Below are positions 12,201 through 25,249 of a stretch of DNA of 64,000 nt, piece after piece. Positions within the stretch are counted from its first letter, which is position 1. Every line of letters starts with the position of its first letter. Source of the stretch: Chrysomallon squamiferum (taxonomy: Eukaryota; Animalia; Mollusca); assembly GCA_012295275.1 (NCBI GenBank), contig CM022671.1, positions 1,178,001-1,242,000 of the forward strand, given 5' to 3'. The position numbers and the translations under genes were made by a program. The notes under the pieces are model-generated. The model did no database searches and had not been told where the DNA came from. It worked only from the letters and a program-made list of their open reading frames with translations.

Positions 12201-15200
12201 GCTAATATTACACCATCTTGTTTCAGATACAACTAATATCTGATGACATACAATCTTGAAAATGATATCATTATTTAAGAAAGAAATAATTATCAACCAG
12301 ATCATTCTAACAACACTTTAACATTATTATGTTTCTGATAAACAAATTTTCAGCTATGAAAAATCTTTAATATATATATATCATTTTGTTTCAGATCAAA
12401 CTGATTTTTGACTACATCAACCATGACACCACTCTGGAAGGCATTGACGACACAGTTACGACGATGCTGTTATTTCTGACTCCAATCATAAACCCATTTC
12501 TCTATCTCTTCTTCAACCGAATGTATCGCCAGTACCTCTTTTCTCCTCTCAGACGAATTATTCCTTGTTTGAAAAACAAAATAGCACCAGCCCAGGGACA
12601 GACAACGAATACTAATGGAATTCATGATTTACAGACAAGCCATGTATAATACGGCGGACAAAGGAATACAAATAATCAACAGTAATATCCTGTGGTTTAA
12701 AACAAGAGTGTTAAATAGAAATGTAATGGCTGAGTTAAATTTAGTGAGAGTTAAAAGCGTATACAGTGTGAAGAGTAGGAAGATATCTGAATGATGAATG
12801 CTAACTGTAATACTTCTCCTTTGTGTAATTACCAACCCAGTTATGACTGGTGCTTTGAAGGCAATGATATGTGATATCCATTATTCATGGTTACAGGATG
12901 TTTGTTTTCTCAGATTATATTTATGAACAACATGATGACAAAGCTCAGTTAATCTTAAAAAACTGATCAATACCAATGAGAGATGAGTGTATTTGTGTTG
13001 TCATTAGATAAATATTTATTCACTGTAAAAGGGTAATAATGGTTGACATTCATTTTAGCTTGGTTCATTTTTGGTTCAAAATGCAATGGAAGTATTCACG
13101 TGCTTGATACTTATTCACAGTGTTAGTAAACTGAGAGCAATGTGGAAAATTATTAAAATTAATTAACAATTAATACTTATTTAATTATCTTGTTTAGTAA
13201 TAAAAAAAACCAAAAAAACCCCCCAATGCTATATTCAAAACATTTTTGAATCTTCTATTAACATAAAGTTATTTCTTAAAAGTAATTTAAAGATTAGGAA
13301 ATCATTAGTCTTTGTTTGTATAGCACAGAAAATATTAACCAGTTTACTTTATGAAAGGATGTAATAACAAATTTTCATCTGCTGTAAGAGTATTATGTTT
13401 CTGTGATACAACAGTCAATTTAACACAGCAGTTCTCAAACTGGACAGTAATAACAAACTTCACAAAACTGACAATATGTCATGTTTCTTAAGGTTATTTA
13501 TTATAATATATCAACGATTTTAACCACACTACTTAAGTTTTGATAAAACTGAAACTTAGGGGCCCAACCCTAAACGTTATTTGAATTAGCGCACTGAGAA
13601 ACAAAAGGTCAGTAGCACTGGTTTAGCACGTATTAGAATTATTTTAATTTAAAGCTTATGCAAAGTTCTAAGATGACTGCTCAAGTTTTAATGTGTTGCA
13701 AAATATTTATGCTTGATAAAAACATTTTTGTCACAGAACAGAAATAAATGTATTAAAAGCAAATCTTTTAGTAACTCTTGCATTTACAACTCCAATAAAT
13801 GCATTTTCTAATAAATGTAATCTTTGGAACAACTTTTGCAATAAAATCATTGTTAGCCAACATGGAGGTACTTTTGTTTTAAAGGTAAATAAATCTGATT
13901 GTAAGAGTTTGAGGTTCTAATAAAAACAAACAGTTTTAAAATGTATTTAGCTGCAGCAGGTTCTAGCTCAATGGCAAAACATTAACCTTAATCTTCTTCG
14001 TTAGGCTGTTTTCCATTGCAGCCTTGGCCTCAAAACAACGCACAAAAGAAACTGTGTGTTCTGTCTTGTCTATGTGCAATATATTACAATAGCTGTAACC
14101 TGATGTAATTTGAATAATTATTAAACTTTTTTTTTTAAATGTAAGGAGAGAAAGCAAAGTACTCATTAACTTCTATTCTGATACTATACAAGGATATCTG
14201 GTTTTCTAAATGACATATGTACCAGTAATCATAGTTTTGATCAAATAAACCCAGGTGTTGATGTTTCAACTTCTTTGTCCCCTGAGAAGCACAGGTTAAT
14301 GTCTTCTGAGTAAATACTAGTATATTCAAATAATTGTATTTAAAAGTGAAAAACTCACTCTTCTTCTACTTCAGTAGTGTCATCTGTGTCTGAACAAAAA
14401 CTGCTGTCTTCTGACTGAATAGATTCCCAGTTCTTGCCAAGTTCCTGAAATAAAAATATTGCTTAACACATTAATCAGTATATTCAACCAGCATGGAGTT
14501 TTAAAAACCTCAGTAATTCAGAGAACTTGTCTTTTGTTATAACTTTTATAATCTAAACTATTAAAAGGTTGTAGAGTTCTCTAAGAAGTTACTTAGCCAA
14601 GTTTGTCAGTGTAACATACAACATCGTATCTACTTACCTGGTAATTTATTATGTAATATTTATCATATGTTTTATTCTTTGGGTTGATTTTCCTGTGTTG
14701 CTTCTTTCTCATGTGTTCTTTCAGTGTGGACCTGTCTTTGAACGTTTTCTCACAGTACAGACACTGAAGACTGAAACAAGAGTTTACAGATAGCAGAGAT
14801 GTATTATTTAAAGAAATATCATCTTTACTATACTCATTCTACTCCCATTTAAATCATTAAAAAAACCCTTAATGTTGATATTAATAAATGAAAATAAATG
14901 AAATATTCTGATGTTAAATTACTGAGAGATAAAAAGGTTTTGGCAAACGAGTATGAAGAACAGAAGTGACAGATAATATCAAGTCAGTTTATTTAAACAT
15001 AAGTAAAAACCAAACAAATGAAAGTGTTTTGGAATTTATGTTAATTGTCTTAAACTTTAAGTTAAAGTGAGAAAAAAAAAAGATGTTTTGATAAACAACT
15101 CCTCATTGTACAATTACAGTACTTACTTTTGTAATTTTTCTTGAAGTTTGTCAAGAAATTCATCAGTGAACACTACAACAAAAAAGGTAATTAATTTTAA

Positions 15201-16584
15201 CTGATGCGTTAATTTGCTAAATATGCAAAATTGAAATACATAACTTATATAATACTTATTCATGAAATCAAATGCTAAAAACAACCCCTCCTGTGATTTC
15301 ATGAATCTGTAATTTAATAATTTTGTAATCATAATTAGTTGAACAACTGCTTTGTTCTTTTGTGATCAGTTAGTAAGGAAAAATATCAACAAGAGAAACT
15401 CGGTACAACAAACTCATCCATGTTTTAAACTGGTCAAAGATTACAGTTACGATTGTGATTATAGTTGCTGCCATGTTATCATTGACAGTTTATGTCTAAA
15501 CATTCATTATGTAAACTTAATAACGTGATTTCTTACTTACGAAAACCCTTATAAAACAAGACATGTAAAAACATTATCTACCCAAATTATCTGGACGCCC
15601 AACATTAAAAGCATGATCTTCAGCCATATGATTAAACAAAACAGCTCTGAAAATAATAAATATATACACTGCAAAATTCAGCTGAGTTTCCCAATGCAAG
15701 ATAGTGGCACACACACACACACACATCCAGATTTATATTGTAGGCTACTTCTATCCCCTTTTTATTAAACAGCTGTTGTTAATGATTTTTATTGTCTGTA
15801 TAATTCAGGTGTATTACCTACTATTACTGTGATGTTCTATTTGCTATTTACAGAAGTTACATACATTAGGCTTTAATAGACTACAATATAATCATTACTT
15901 ACTAAACTGAAGAGTAGATTGTAAAATAAAATCACTTTGAACTCCACAAAGAAACAAAAAGTTAAATGATTAAAAATATTGCTATTAGCAGTTTTTATAT
16001 AAATGTTCTTATAAATAATGACATTAATGGTTTCAAAATTTATAAAATACATTTTTATGCACCATGTTACAAAGAAATATTAAAATGCTATTAAAAATAT
16101 GTTTCCTGCATGCATGCAAAAACGTATATTAGAAGAAAATAATGGTTAAAACAAAAAATAAAGAAAAAAGAAAACAAATTTCAAAACTTTAAAAAAAAAA
16201 AAATTAATCATCAAAGGAAAAAACAGATGGCCGAAAATATTTTGGAATCAAATATGTCACACTGTCATTGCATTATCAGTATAAAAAAAAAAAAAAAAAT
16301 ATTTGAGGCACTTTAAAAAAATAAGATTATAAACTATTTAAAAAATAGAATGTGAAAAAAAAAAGAATTTAGATAATAAAATGCTCTTTGTTTTTTATAT
16401 ATGTTACATAGCTATGTCAAACATTAAATGGTTTGAAGAAATAGAGAATTAAAATTTAAAAAAATATATATAGAAATATGTAAAAAAAAAAAAAAAAAAA
16501 TCAAACTTCCATAGAAATATATTTTTCTTAATTTAATGTGATACACAATACATTAACACTTTAAAATAAAACTAGGTTTCAGAT

Positions 16585-16619
<35 letters not shown>

Positions 16620-19600
16620 ATAAGAGAAAATAATTATACAAAATAAAAAATTTCAAAATATCAAAGTGTATTGAACTCTTGTCTATTTCTAAACCTGTTT
16701 GAGACAAAATGGAAGTATTTACCTGTTTGTGTCAAACAGTTGTGAACAAAAGAGGCATGTTCTAGAAAAACCTTCATCATTTCTTTCTTTCTGTTTTTGA
16801 GACAAAATTTCTTCCTGAAGCAAATAAATAAAACAAGTCATAGTGTTATATGTGCAGGTTAAATAATTTTAGTGAATATAATGATAAAAAAAGAATAATA
16901 TTGCTACAGAAAAGCCAGTTAAAGATAAAACATCAGAGCAATACATTTAATATATATATATATATATATATAGACCTTTTTATAATATAAAGCAGAAATA
17001 ATATTCCTTCCTGTTTTATATCTACACAGATTTCTATTCTTTTCACAATGAAATGAACTTGTTTGTTTGCTGTCAGACATATAAAAAAGAGAAATATAAA
17101 ACATTAACACTTTTTCTTTTAAGAAAGTTCTTTTCTGGTATTTGTTTTATTTATGTTGCCAACATCTTTACATTATTATTATCATCACTCTTATTACTAT
17201 CTTTATCATCATTATTAATATTATCTGCTACTGTATCATAAAAAAAAAGCATTAAATGACTGTGATACAACTTTGAGAAACTATAATTTTCATTATTGCA
17301 ATACTTATTTAAAAAAATAAAAAATACATAAATAAAGGTAATAATAATGTTCAAAACATTTGGCCAGAATGAATGAAGCCAAGATCTGGAAATACATTAA
17401 AATACCATAACATAATAAAATATACAATCAATTACTCTTACAATGAAATACAAAAAAATCTCGAATGCACTATTATTACAAACCTTTCCAATTTCAATAA
17501 GCTGCCCAAATCATATATCACTGAAGATTAAATTTCTTTTTTTATATCTTAAATAAATAATTATATTTTTGCTGGAAACAACTTGTCATTTGACTATATA
17601 ATGATTTTTTCTTGTATTTATTATCAAAATCTTTCAAGGTACTGTAAGTGCACAATATTAGGCCAGTTTTAATTTAATAAATAAATCAGCAGAATAGAAA
17701 TGTTGTACCAATTTTTCTTTCTGAAGAAATTGTCTTAATTCTTTGTCTTCTGGAAGGACATCACAGAGCATATAAAATTCTTCTTTTTCACCTGTTTATA
17801 AATTAATATTAAAATAATGAAAAGTAATTTTTTAATGTAATAATAATAACGAATATTGTTTTAAAAAACAAAATTCTGAATCAAAATTGTTAAAAACAAA
17901 ATAAAGAATTAAAAAGGTACATGAAAGAAATAATGTAAAAGAGAAATTAAATAAAAAATTAAAAAATACACACACACACATTCACAACATAAAATACATA
18001 ATTAAAAAATAAAAATGATTTTTATAAATAAGTACAAATAATGTTAAAAAAGTAAAATATGAAAATAAAAATATAAAATATGAAATGAAATAAACAAAAT
18101 AAATACATTTTATAAAAGAAACAGAAAATTGTATATATATATATATATATAAAACATACTAATTTAATATATTTTTGTTCAGTCTTTATTTTATTTTATG
18201 TTCTAAAACATATTTATATTTTTTTGTATTTCTATATTTTTAATTCTGAACTTTTTAAATTTTTTACATTTATTATACCTTATGTTAATTTACTTGTGTA
18301 TTTTTAAATCTATAATTTATTTTATTTCAATTATTATTATTATTATTTTTTTTAAATATTATACATGAATGAATTTAATACATTAAGAAACATTTTTTTT
18401 CATGTTTATTTATTTTACTTTACAAATTTTATTCAAATTCTATATTTTATTTTTTAGTTTGGTCATTTTAATTCTATATTTGAAAAAATGTTTTTATTAA
18501 TGTTATTTTAATTATTTCTATTATTATTATTATTATTATTATTATTTTAATTTGATATTATTTGTTACTCTTTTTAATTTTATAATTTTTAAGCTTTTTT
18601 GTTCTTTTTTTTTACTGATATATTTTTTAATTCTATATATTACTCTGTAAATACATTCAATTTATTTTATTATTTTAAAATTTCTTTATTCAAATTTATT
18701 TGTATTGTTACTTATTCATATTATTCAATTTTAAAATTTTTAAAACAAATTTACATTATATTAATTGTTATTTTTGGTTTTATTTCTATATATTTTACAT
18801 TTTTAAATTTTATATTAGGTTTTATTGTTATTATTTTATTATGAGTTTTTTTTTTTCACTTTTTTAAATTTCATGTTATACTTTCTTGTTAAAATATAGC
18901 TTGTTATTTTATTCATATATTTTTTTATTCTGTATTTTACTTTATTTTAATTATTTGCTATCTTTTTATTTAACTATTTTTCAAATTTTTCAAATTTTAC
19001 TTTTACTCCTTTAAACATTACTTCAAGAAATATTTTTCTTTTCAAATTCCATATTTATGAATTCATTTTAAATTTATTATTATTTTTTAAAATTAAATTT
19101 ATATTTAATTCTATACTTTATTTTAATTAAATATTACTTTTAATAATAATTTTTTTTTAAAAGTATGTTATTTACATTAAAAAAAACAACTACAAAAAAA
19201 GCCAACAACTGAAGAAGCCACTATTTATTGCCTGAAGTTATACAACACACATCTCAAGCATAAGCAACTGTATGCACAGACACATTAAAGAGTTTATTTA
19301 AGATTATTGTATTAATCTTTTAATTCTGCAGTATTAGTTTTGTGGGTTAATTTTAAAGGAAAACATTATTTTTCTCCTTTAAAAACATCATATGAAATAA
19401 TGATCTGGCAGCCAAGTTACAACATGAAAACTATTTATTTTCATTAATAAATGTTCATCTCTTAATTTTCATTAGCAGACATTCATCTCTTAATTTTCAG
19501 GATTAATTATAATATAACATTAATAAAAAAAAAAAAATAAATGATAAGTGAAAAACCCAACACTACAAAGAATAATATTAATTTTTGCATTAGATTTAGC

Positions 19601-21406
19601 AGGGGCAAATTTTACCAAATAATAAATTTCAATATTTAATTTCATTAAAGTTAAAATGCTTCAAATAACAAACTTGAAACATTTTTCTTTCTTATAGCTG
19701 TACAAATATATTTACATGATTATTACAAATTCTTACCTTTGTCTTCGGGTGCTGTGTTGGTGACAATCTTTGAACAAAAGTCAGACAAAGACTGGTTTCT
19801 TAATCTTTCTTTCCAATAAATTATGTATCTGGAAATGAAATAATAATAATAATAATAATAATAATAATTATTATTATTCTGTTAATATGTGGAGGTTTTT
19901 TGTGTGATTTTATTTTTTGTCAAACAAACTATTTAAATACACATAACGTTTTGTCAGGCTGTTGAAACATATAAGAAGATTTTCTTCTTTAAATGTGAGT
20001 TTATTTCAAAACATTCAAAAACATTTAATATTAAAATATCTGATCTAATTGTCAGAAATTGTTTTGAAACATAACAATTGTTATTGGACACCTAAATTAA
20101 GCTAATAAATGTTTATACTAACTTTTTCAAGTTACTGATGAGGTTGACATCAGCAATAACAAATTTATGTATCATAATAAGATGAGCTAAAAGATCATCA
20201 GGTTTAGATTCAATATTGAAACATTTGGAGCAGAGCAAGCATGGGCAGAAGTGTCTGTCCTTACTAACACTTTCTTGGTTAATATCCGTATTTTCTTCGG
20301 ATTCCTGGTTTTTGAAATTTTCTCCAATTTTGAGACTTAAAGGTTCAAGAACAGGTGTCTCACATGACCCTGAAAAACATGTCATTCATTAATTCATAAA
20401 GTTTAACAGTTATTTTGTTCACCATAGCAAAATTTATATCTACCCCATCCCAATCTATTATTATTCAAAAATTAATTAGTAACATATACACATACAAATA
20501 ATAATAATAATAATATATAATAAATAAAATAAATACAGTTGGACCCTATAATGTCAAACTTGTTTGAATGCCAATCAGTAGCCAGTCCTGGGTAAAAAGT
20601 GGGTAAATATGTGTTTTTTTGTGTCAGTACATTAATTGTTCCAAGCTAAGACTTTATGTCTAGAAAACCGTTTTATGTGTGTCAATATTTATATTCTGTT
20701 AAAATAAAAATAATTTATATAAAACGAAATAATAATCAATGATGTACCATTACACTGAGAAAATAATGAAGCTAATAAAAAGAGTTGCCAACTTCTGATT
20801 ACCAACAGTTACAATTTGTAATTAGTGTTCAGATAACAAAGATAGAAAGATCATTTGTTTACTTCTGTAGGAAATGTACATACCCAGTACACAGTATTAT
20901 ATATATATTATTAACAGACTTTATTCATTTGGCCCATGTACTGTGGTACAGTTTGATCACTTAAGTATTTTTCACAAGGGAGTCCAACCTTATATTACAG
21001 CAATAACAAATATTGAAATATTTAAAATAAATTATTTAATAGTACATTAATATTATAAAAAGTTAAAATTAATTCCATTATTATTTTTGTTTTTCAAACT
21101 CTAAAATATTAATTAACTGATTAGTTATTATTATTGCTGTTTTTGTTTTTGTTGTTGTTACGGAGGTGAAACTTGTGGGGAGAGAGTTTAGTTTTTTTAC
21201 TTTCAAACTTTGACTCTTAATAAATTAAATCTTCTTCGTTTTAAAGCATTTCAAACTGTTCAACAAAATTAAAAAAGTACAATCCATCCATAAAGCGCAA
21301 TGTGATAAACACAGTGGTATATTTAGTGTTATTATAATTTAAAAGCCATCAAAAATATATTATATGGACATAATTTAAGTATCAAACCTTCCATGGATGC
21401 TGACAT
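772..21406 (-). CDS. ZNF277: Zinc finger protein 277-like gene (multi-exon, 3' end beyond window start)
   Basis: Exons 21388-21406, 20123-20369, 19737-19828, 17709-17791, 16723-16814, 15582-15646, 15127-15172, 14638-14770, 14359-14444 and 772-871 join with consistent phases. The translation contains LEPLSL, CLLC..HLIMIHKFVIADV, YIIYWKER, LCDVLPED, NHMAEDHAFNVGRPDN, LQCLYCEKTFKDRSTLKEHMRKKQHRKINPKN, ELGKNWE and DDWSDW..AVCLFCE. These are collinear with human ZNF277 as I recall it. Confidence 0.95.
3418..3507. repeat. (TG)n microsatellite
   Basis: Directly visible. Confidence 0.98.
5374..6132 (+). CDS. Class A (rhodopsin-like) GPCR, prostanoid/EP4-receptor-like, coding exon 1 (TM1-TM6)
   Basis: Six hydrophobic segments. 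N-glycosylation sequon NIT, TM1 Asn (IANL), TM2 Asp (LTSNDL), TM3 Cys and ERF motif, LPFVGVG..Y....LC in ECL2, TM6 CTLP, then donor TTT|GTAAGT (phase 0). Confidence 0.9.
12395..12649 (+). CDS. Same GPCR, coding exon 2 (ECL3, TM7, helix 8, C-tail)
   Basis: tttgtttcAG|ATC (phase 0); LLFLTPIINPFLYLFFNRMYRQYL contains NPxxY and helix 8; stop TAA at 12647-12649. Joined protein is 337 aa. Confidence 0.9.
   Translation: MKLIFDYINHDTTLEGIDDTVTTMLLFLTPIINPFLYLFFNRMYRQYLFSPLRRIIPCLKNKIAPAQGQTTNTNGIHDLQTSHV
13426..13620. mobile_element. Degenerate hAT-type MITE (~195 bp)
   Basis: Starts CAGCAGTTCTCAAACT and ends AAGGTCAGTAGCACTG (decayed CAGTGGTTCTCAA-type TIRs). Flanks ATTTAACA / GTTTAGCA resemble an 8-bp TSD (6/8 match). 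Confidence 0.5.
14359..14444 (-). CDS. ZNF277: ZNF277 exon 9
   Basis: ELGKNWESIQSEDSSFCSDTDDTTEVEE; donor GTGAGT. Confidence 0.92.
14638..14770 (-). CDS. ZNF277: ZNF277 exon 8 (C2H2 finger)
   Basis: LQCLYCEKTFKDRSTLKEHMRKKQHRKINPKNKTYDKYYIINYQ. Confidence 0.96.
15127..15172 (-). CDS. ZNF277: ZNF277 exon 7
   Basis: FTDEFLDKLQEKLQ; donor GTAAGT. Confidence 0.9.
15582..15646 (-). CDS. ZNF277: ZNF277 exon 6
   Basis: AVLFNHMAEDHAFNVGRPDNL. Confidence 0.92.
16723..16814 (-). CDS. ZNF277: ZNF277 exon 5
   Basis: EEILSQKQKERNDEGFSRTCLFCSQLFDTN. Confidence 0.92.
17709..17791 (-). CDS. ZNF277: ZNF277 exon 4
   Basis: EKEEFYMLCDVLPEDKELRQFLQKEKL. Confidence 0.92.
19737..19828 (-). CDS. ZNF277: ZNF277 exon 3
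   Basis: YIIYWKERLRNQSLSDFCSKIVTNTAPEDK; AG/GTAAGA boundaries. Confidence 0.92.
20123..20369 (-). CDS. ZNF277: ZNF277 exon 2
   Basis: ttttcAG|GG TCA TGT; encodes SCETPVLEPLSL...CPCLLC...HLIMIHKFVIADV; donor GTTAGT. Confidence 0.92.
21388..21406 (-). CDS. ZNF277: ZNF277 exon 1 (MSASME-G)
   Basis: ATG TCA GCA TCC ATG GAA G|GTTTGA. Phase 1 matches the acceptor at 20370. Short, so inferred mainly from phase and position. Confidence 0.7.
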
Positions 21407-21718
21407 GTTGTAGAACTGCAGAAAAGTTGTTTACAAACCAAAAACTTCCTAAATTAAATTTTAATTAAAAATTATTTACAGTTGGAATTTATATTTATAC
21501 AAACAAAATATGAGCCAAATAAATCATAGACCAAAAATATTATTTAATAAAATCCTTCGCCCGGAATTTTCAAAGCAAACCGGAAGAAATAAAAGTACAG
21601 ACCAGGAAGTTGGTGTTTTTGTTGTTAATACAAATGTCAGTGTTGAAGGGGTTGGTATTTAACAAGGAAGTACATTTATGTCCCGAATGTTAACGGAAGA
21701 ATAAAACAGCTTTTAGCA
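21407..21718. promoter_or_regulatory. Bidirectional promoter/5'UTRs shared by ZNF277 and DOCK
   Basis: 312 bp between divergent ATGs. ETS-type GGAA motifs: ACTTCCT 21444, CCGGAA 21561, CCGGAAG 21580, CAGGAAGT 21603, AGGAAGT 21665. Local CpG enrichment in CpG-poor DNA. Confidence 0.75.
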
Positions 21719-21764
21719 ATGGGCGACTTTTCATGGAAACCTGCAAGAAAAAAATATGGTGTTG
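21719..21764 (+). CDS. DOCK4: DOCK exon 1
   Basis: [16 protein letters not shown]|GTAAGA. Confidence 0.88.
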
Positions 21765-22246
21765 GTAAGATAAGTAAACTGTTTAAAGATTTAAAATATA
21801 GTACAATATGATGAATATCGTAAAATTCACAATTTGCGCGTTATTTTGATCCATGATCGGAATAACTTGCTGTCATCGACCTACGTGACTATTAAGATTA
21901 AAATGATACTGGGGATAATAACTGTTTAATCTAAACTGAATAATAATTATTTCTTGAAAAGAAATGACGATAAGGCATTGGCATAATTTGAAGAGTACTA
22001 ATCAATTTAGGAATATTCAACATATTCCAGTCTGTTGATAACTTTAGCCATTCAGGTTAAACTTGATGTAAATGTTTTGACAGTGACATGCCATATAAAA
22101 TTTGTCAAACTCAAACTTTGTAATTTATATAGAAATCATAATTATATGTCAATGAATAATACAATAATGATTAATATAAATAAATAAATTAAAATATTGA
22201 GAAAACAGATGCTATTTTTACAAATATAACCTGATTAAAGTACGTT

Positions 22247-22284
<38 letters not shown>

Positions 22285-22955
22285 TAGTAAAATAAACAAA
22301 TATAAATAAATAAACAAATGTAAATAAATAAATAAATAAATAAATTGTGAATAATACAATAATGATTAAAATAAATAAGTAAATTAAAATATTGAGAAAA
22401 CAAATGATATTTTTACAAATATAATCCAATTAAAAGAAGTGCAAAAACAAAAATAAAAAATCTTAATAATAAAATAAACAAATATAAATAAATAATAAAT
22501 AAATAATAAGAATAAGCATTAAAAAAAAATCAAACCCACACCCCCCAAAAATAACAACAGAATTTATTCATATGCATTTCAGTCATATATAGTTTTGAAG
22601 TCAAAACTGTTCAAGCCAGCATTCCTCTGCAAATAGGGGAAACTGTTCAAATACTGGAAGAATACAGTGCAACAGATGGAAATGGTAAGAATGTGTGATT
22701 TCATAAAATCTTTAATTCTTTCTAAGTAAATGACTAATTGGATGTTACTAATAAAAGATTTTGTAATTACGCTGTTTGTCTAGAATTCGTTTAAAATGTA
22801 TTTAAGAATGATTTTTACGTTATATAGATTTAATATAATTATCTCATTAGTATATCCCTTTAATCTGCATTTATAATTTTATTTTATTAATCAGTTATTC
22901 TTATCTGACATATTTATATTTTCCCATATTTTTTCCTGCTTGCATGGTTTATTTA

Positions 22956-23006
<51 letters not shown>

Positions 23007-24543
23007 TTTATTTACTTATTTATTTATTAGCTTATAAAATGTCATATTCAGAATGATTTTTCACTAACATTGAATGCATTTGAATAATATTTTAGCATTA
23101 TGGTATAGAGGCTACTCACTGAGCAACAGACACAAGAAGGTAAACATGCAGTTATGTAAATGTATTTGCATCTTACACATTTGACTTGTCACATTTCTTT
23201 TTTTCTCACTATTTGTTGAGAAATTTACTGTGGAAATGGAACCCATAATACAAAAAATATTACAATATACAAAATATACAAAACACTTCTCAGAAACTGT
23301 TTTATTTCTTACACAATGCCACCACACCTATATAATTAGAGTAAAATCAGTATTAATATGGATTTATTTATTTTGTCAGATTATAAATATGTTTGTTATT
23401 AAAATAATTATAAAAGATTGCACTTTTAATTTACACTAACAAATTGTTGGTCCATTATAGGACAAAAAATGACTAATGAACTACTAGAATTTATTAAAAT
23501 CTTGAAAGTTTGATATTCTTTTAATATATTATTCATTTATTATTATTATTATTATTATTTTATTTAGAGTATATAATTTTGTCATGGATTCTCAGTTTTA
23601 TATATTTTATTTTGTTTGTATTACATTATTTTGTGTGTTTTATTTCAGGGAATATTCCCTGCATCATACATTCACCTGAAGCAGTGTACAGTGGACAATG
23701 AAGGGTAAGATTCAGTTTTGAAGTAACTGTTTTTCATTTGTACACAACACTGAGGAAAATGTTTTAAATTTTCAAGTTAGTTTATGCATGAAAGGAGGTG
23801 GCGTTATAGTTTTATTTTATTTTACTTTTGTTTTTTTTTAAAACATAAAACTTTGTTTATAAATATAATTACATCCAGCATTTTAAATAAAAATTTAAAA
23901 AGCAAAGAAAAAATACAACTTAAGAGTACAAACTAAATAGTATAAAAAAACCAGTTGAATTCGTGAGAGAAATTTAAAATTATTATTACTTTTTTTAAAT
24001 AGGGTTATGATTTTTATTTTGTCCTTATTTTTCTTTATTTAAAAGACTGGATGAAATACATTTTCCATTTTAATTTTGTTTGTTATTGTTGACATCTTGA
24101 TATTTAACACAGGGAGTTAATAGATTTAAGAGATGATTCTACATCTAAAAGAAAATGGTAAGACTCTATTTCATCCCTAACATCTTTACAAATAAAAAAG
24201 AAACATGTTTCTTGCTGTGGAAAAAAAAAAAATATATATATAATGACCAAATGAAAAAAAAGAAAAGACCCCCCCATAAATAAAATCTCAAACAAAACAA
24301 ATAGATGAAGATGACTGTTACTTACCAGAACTGAAATTGAATTAAAGAATTATATTTATTTTTAGTTAGTATAAAAACAAAGAGAAGTAACTGTGTGTAA
24401 GATCTAATGTTTTTCTTTTTAAATGCAGTTTAATAATATTTGTTAGTATAATAATATTAATAAGTTTTAATCTAGTCTTATTACTGTTGGAATTATAACC
24501 AAAATTATCTTTAAAAAAAAAAAAAAAAAAATAATAATAATAA

Positions 24544-24582
<39 letters not shown>

Positions 24583-25046
24583 AAAACAAGCATCAGGCTG
24601 ATGAATTAAAAACTTTAAAATAATGTATAGTGAATTATGTATGTATGTATTCATGCATATCATTTTTGTTTCATTTTCTTAGTTACTTTATCAAATGTAT
24701 CACACAAGAATGTATCCTAAACATAAGAAACATGTTTCACATTTGATCTGCCTCAATCTTGAATGTGGCTGAAGATTAAATATTACCAAAACAACTATAA
24801 AATGCATTATGTTTACTGTAAAATCATTCCATTTTCTGGAAATTTAAAACAAATAACTAAATAAATATATATATATAGAGAGAGAAAAAGAATTAAATAA
24901 TTTCATAGTTTAAAAAACAAAAACAAAACACAGATAATAAAAATCCTAAGATTGTGTAAGAGCAATATCTGAAAAGATGAAAATGTATCTTTATTTGTTT
25001 CTGAGCTGATATTAAAATATAATGACAGCCTTTAAAATATTTTCAT

Positions 25047-25097
<51 letters not shown>

Positions 25098-25207
25098 TTT
25101 TTGTTACTAAAGTTAAGCATCATTTAAAGTTATAATTATTTTTCATATAATTGCCTAGTAAAACATTTTCTTGTCTAGGAAACAAATAATAACATTATTC
25201 CATATTT

Positions 25208-25249
<42 letters not shown>

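Noticed and set aside
12440-12510. Nested GPCR as an opsin
   Set aside because: No Lys at TM7 position 7.43 (it is Phe).
17800-19180. A-rich then T-rich block suggesting a foldback element
   Set aside because: Compositional skew only; no specific inverted match identifiable by eye.
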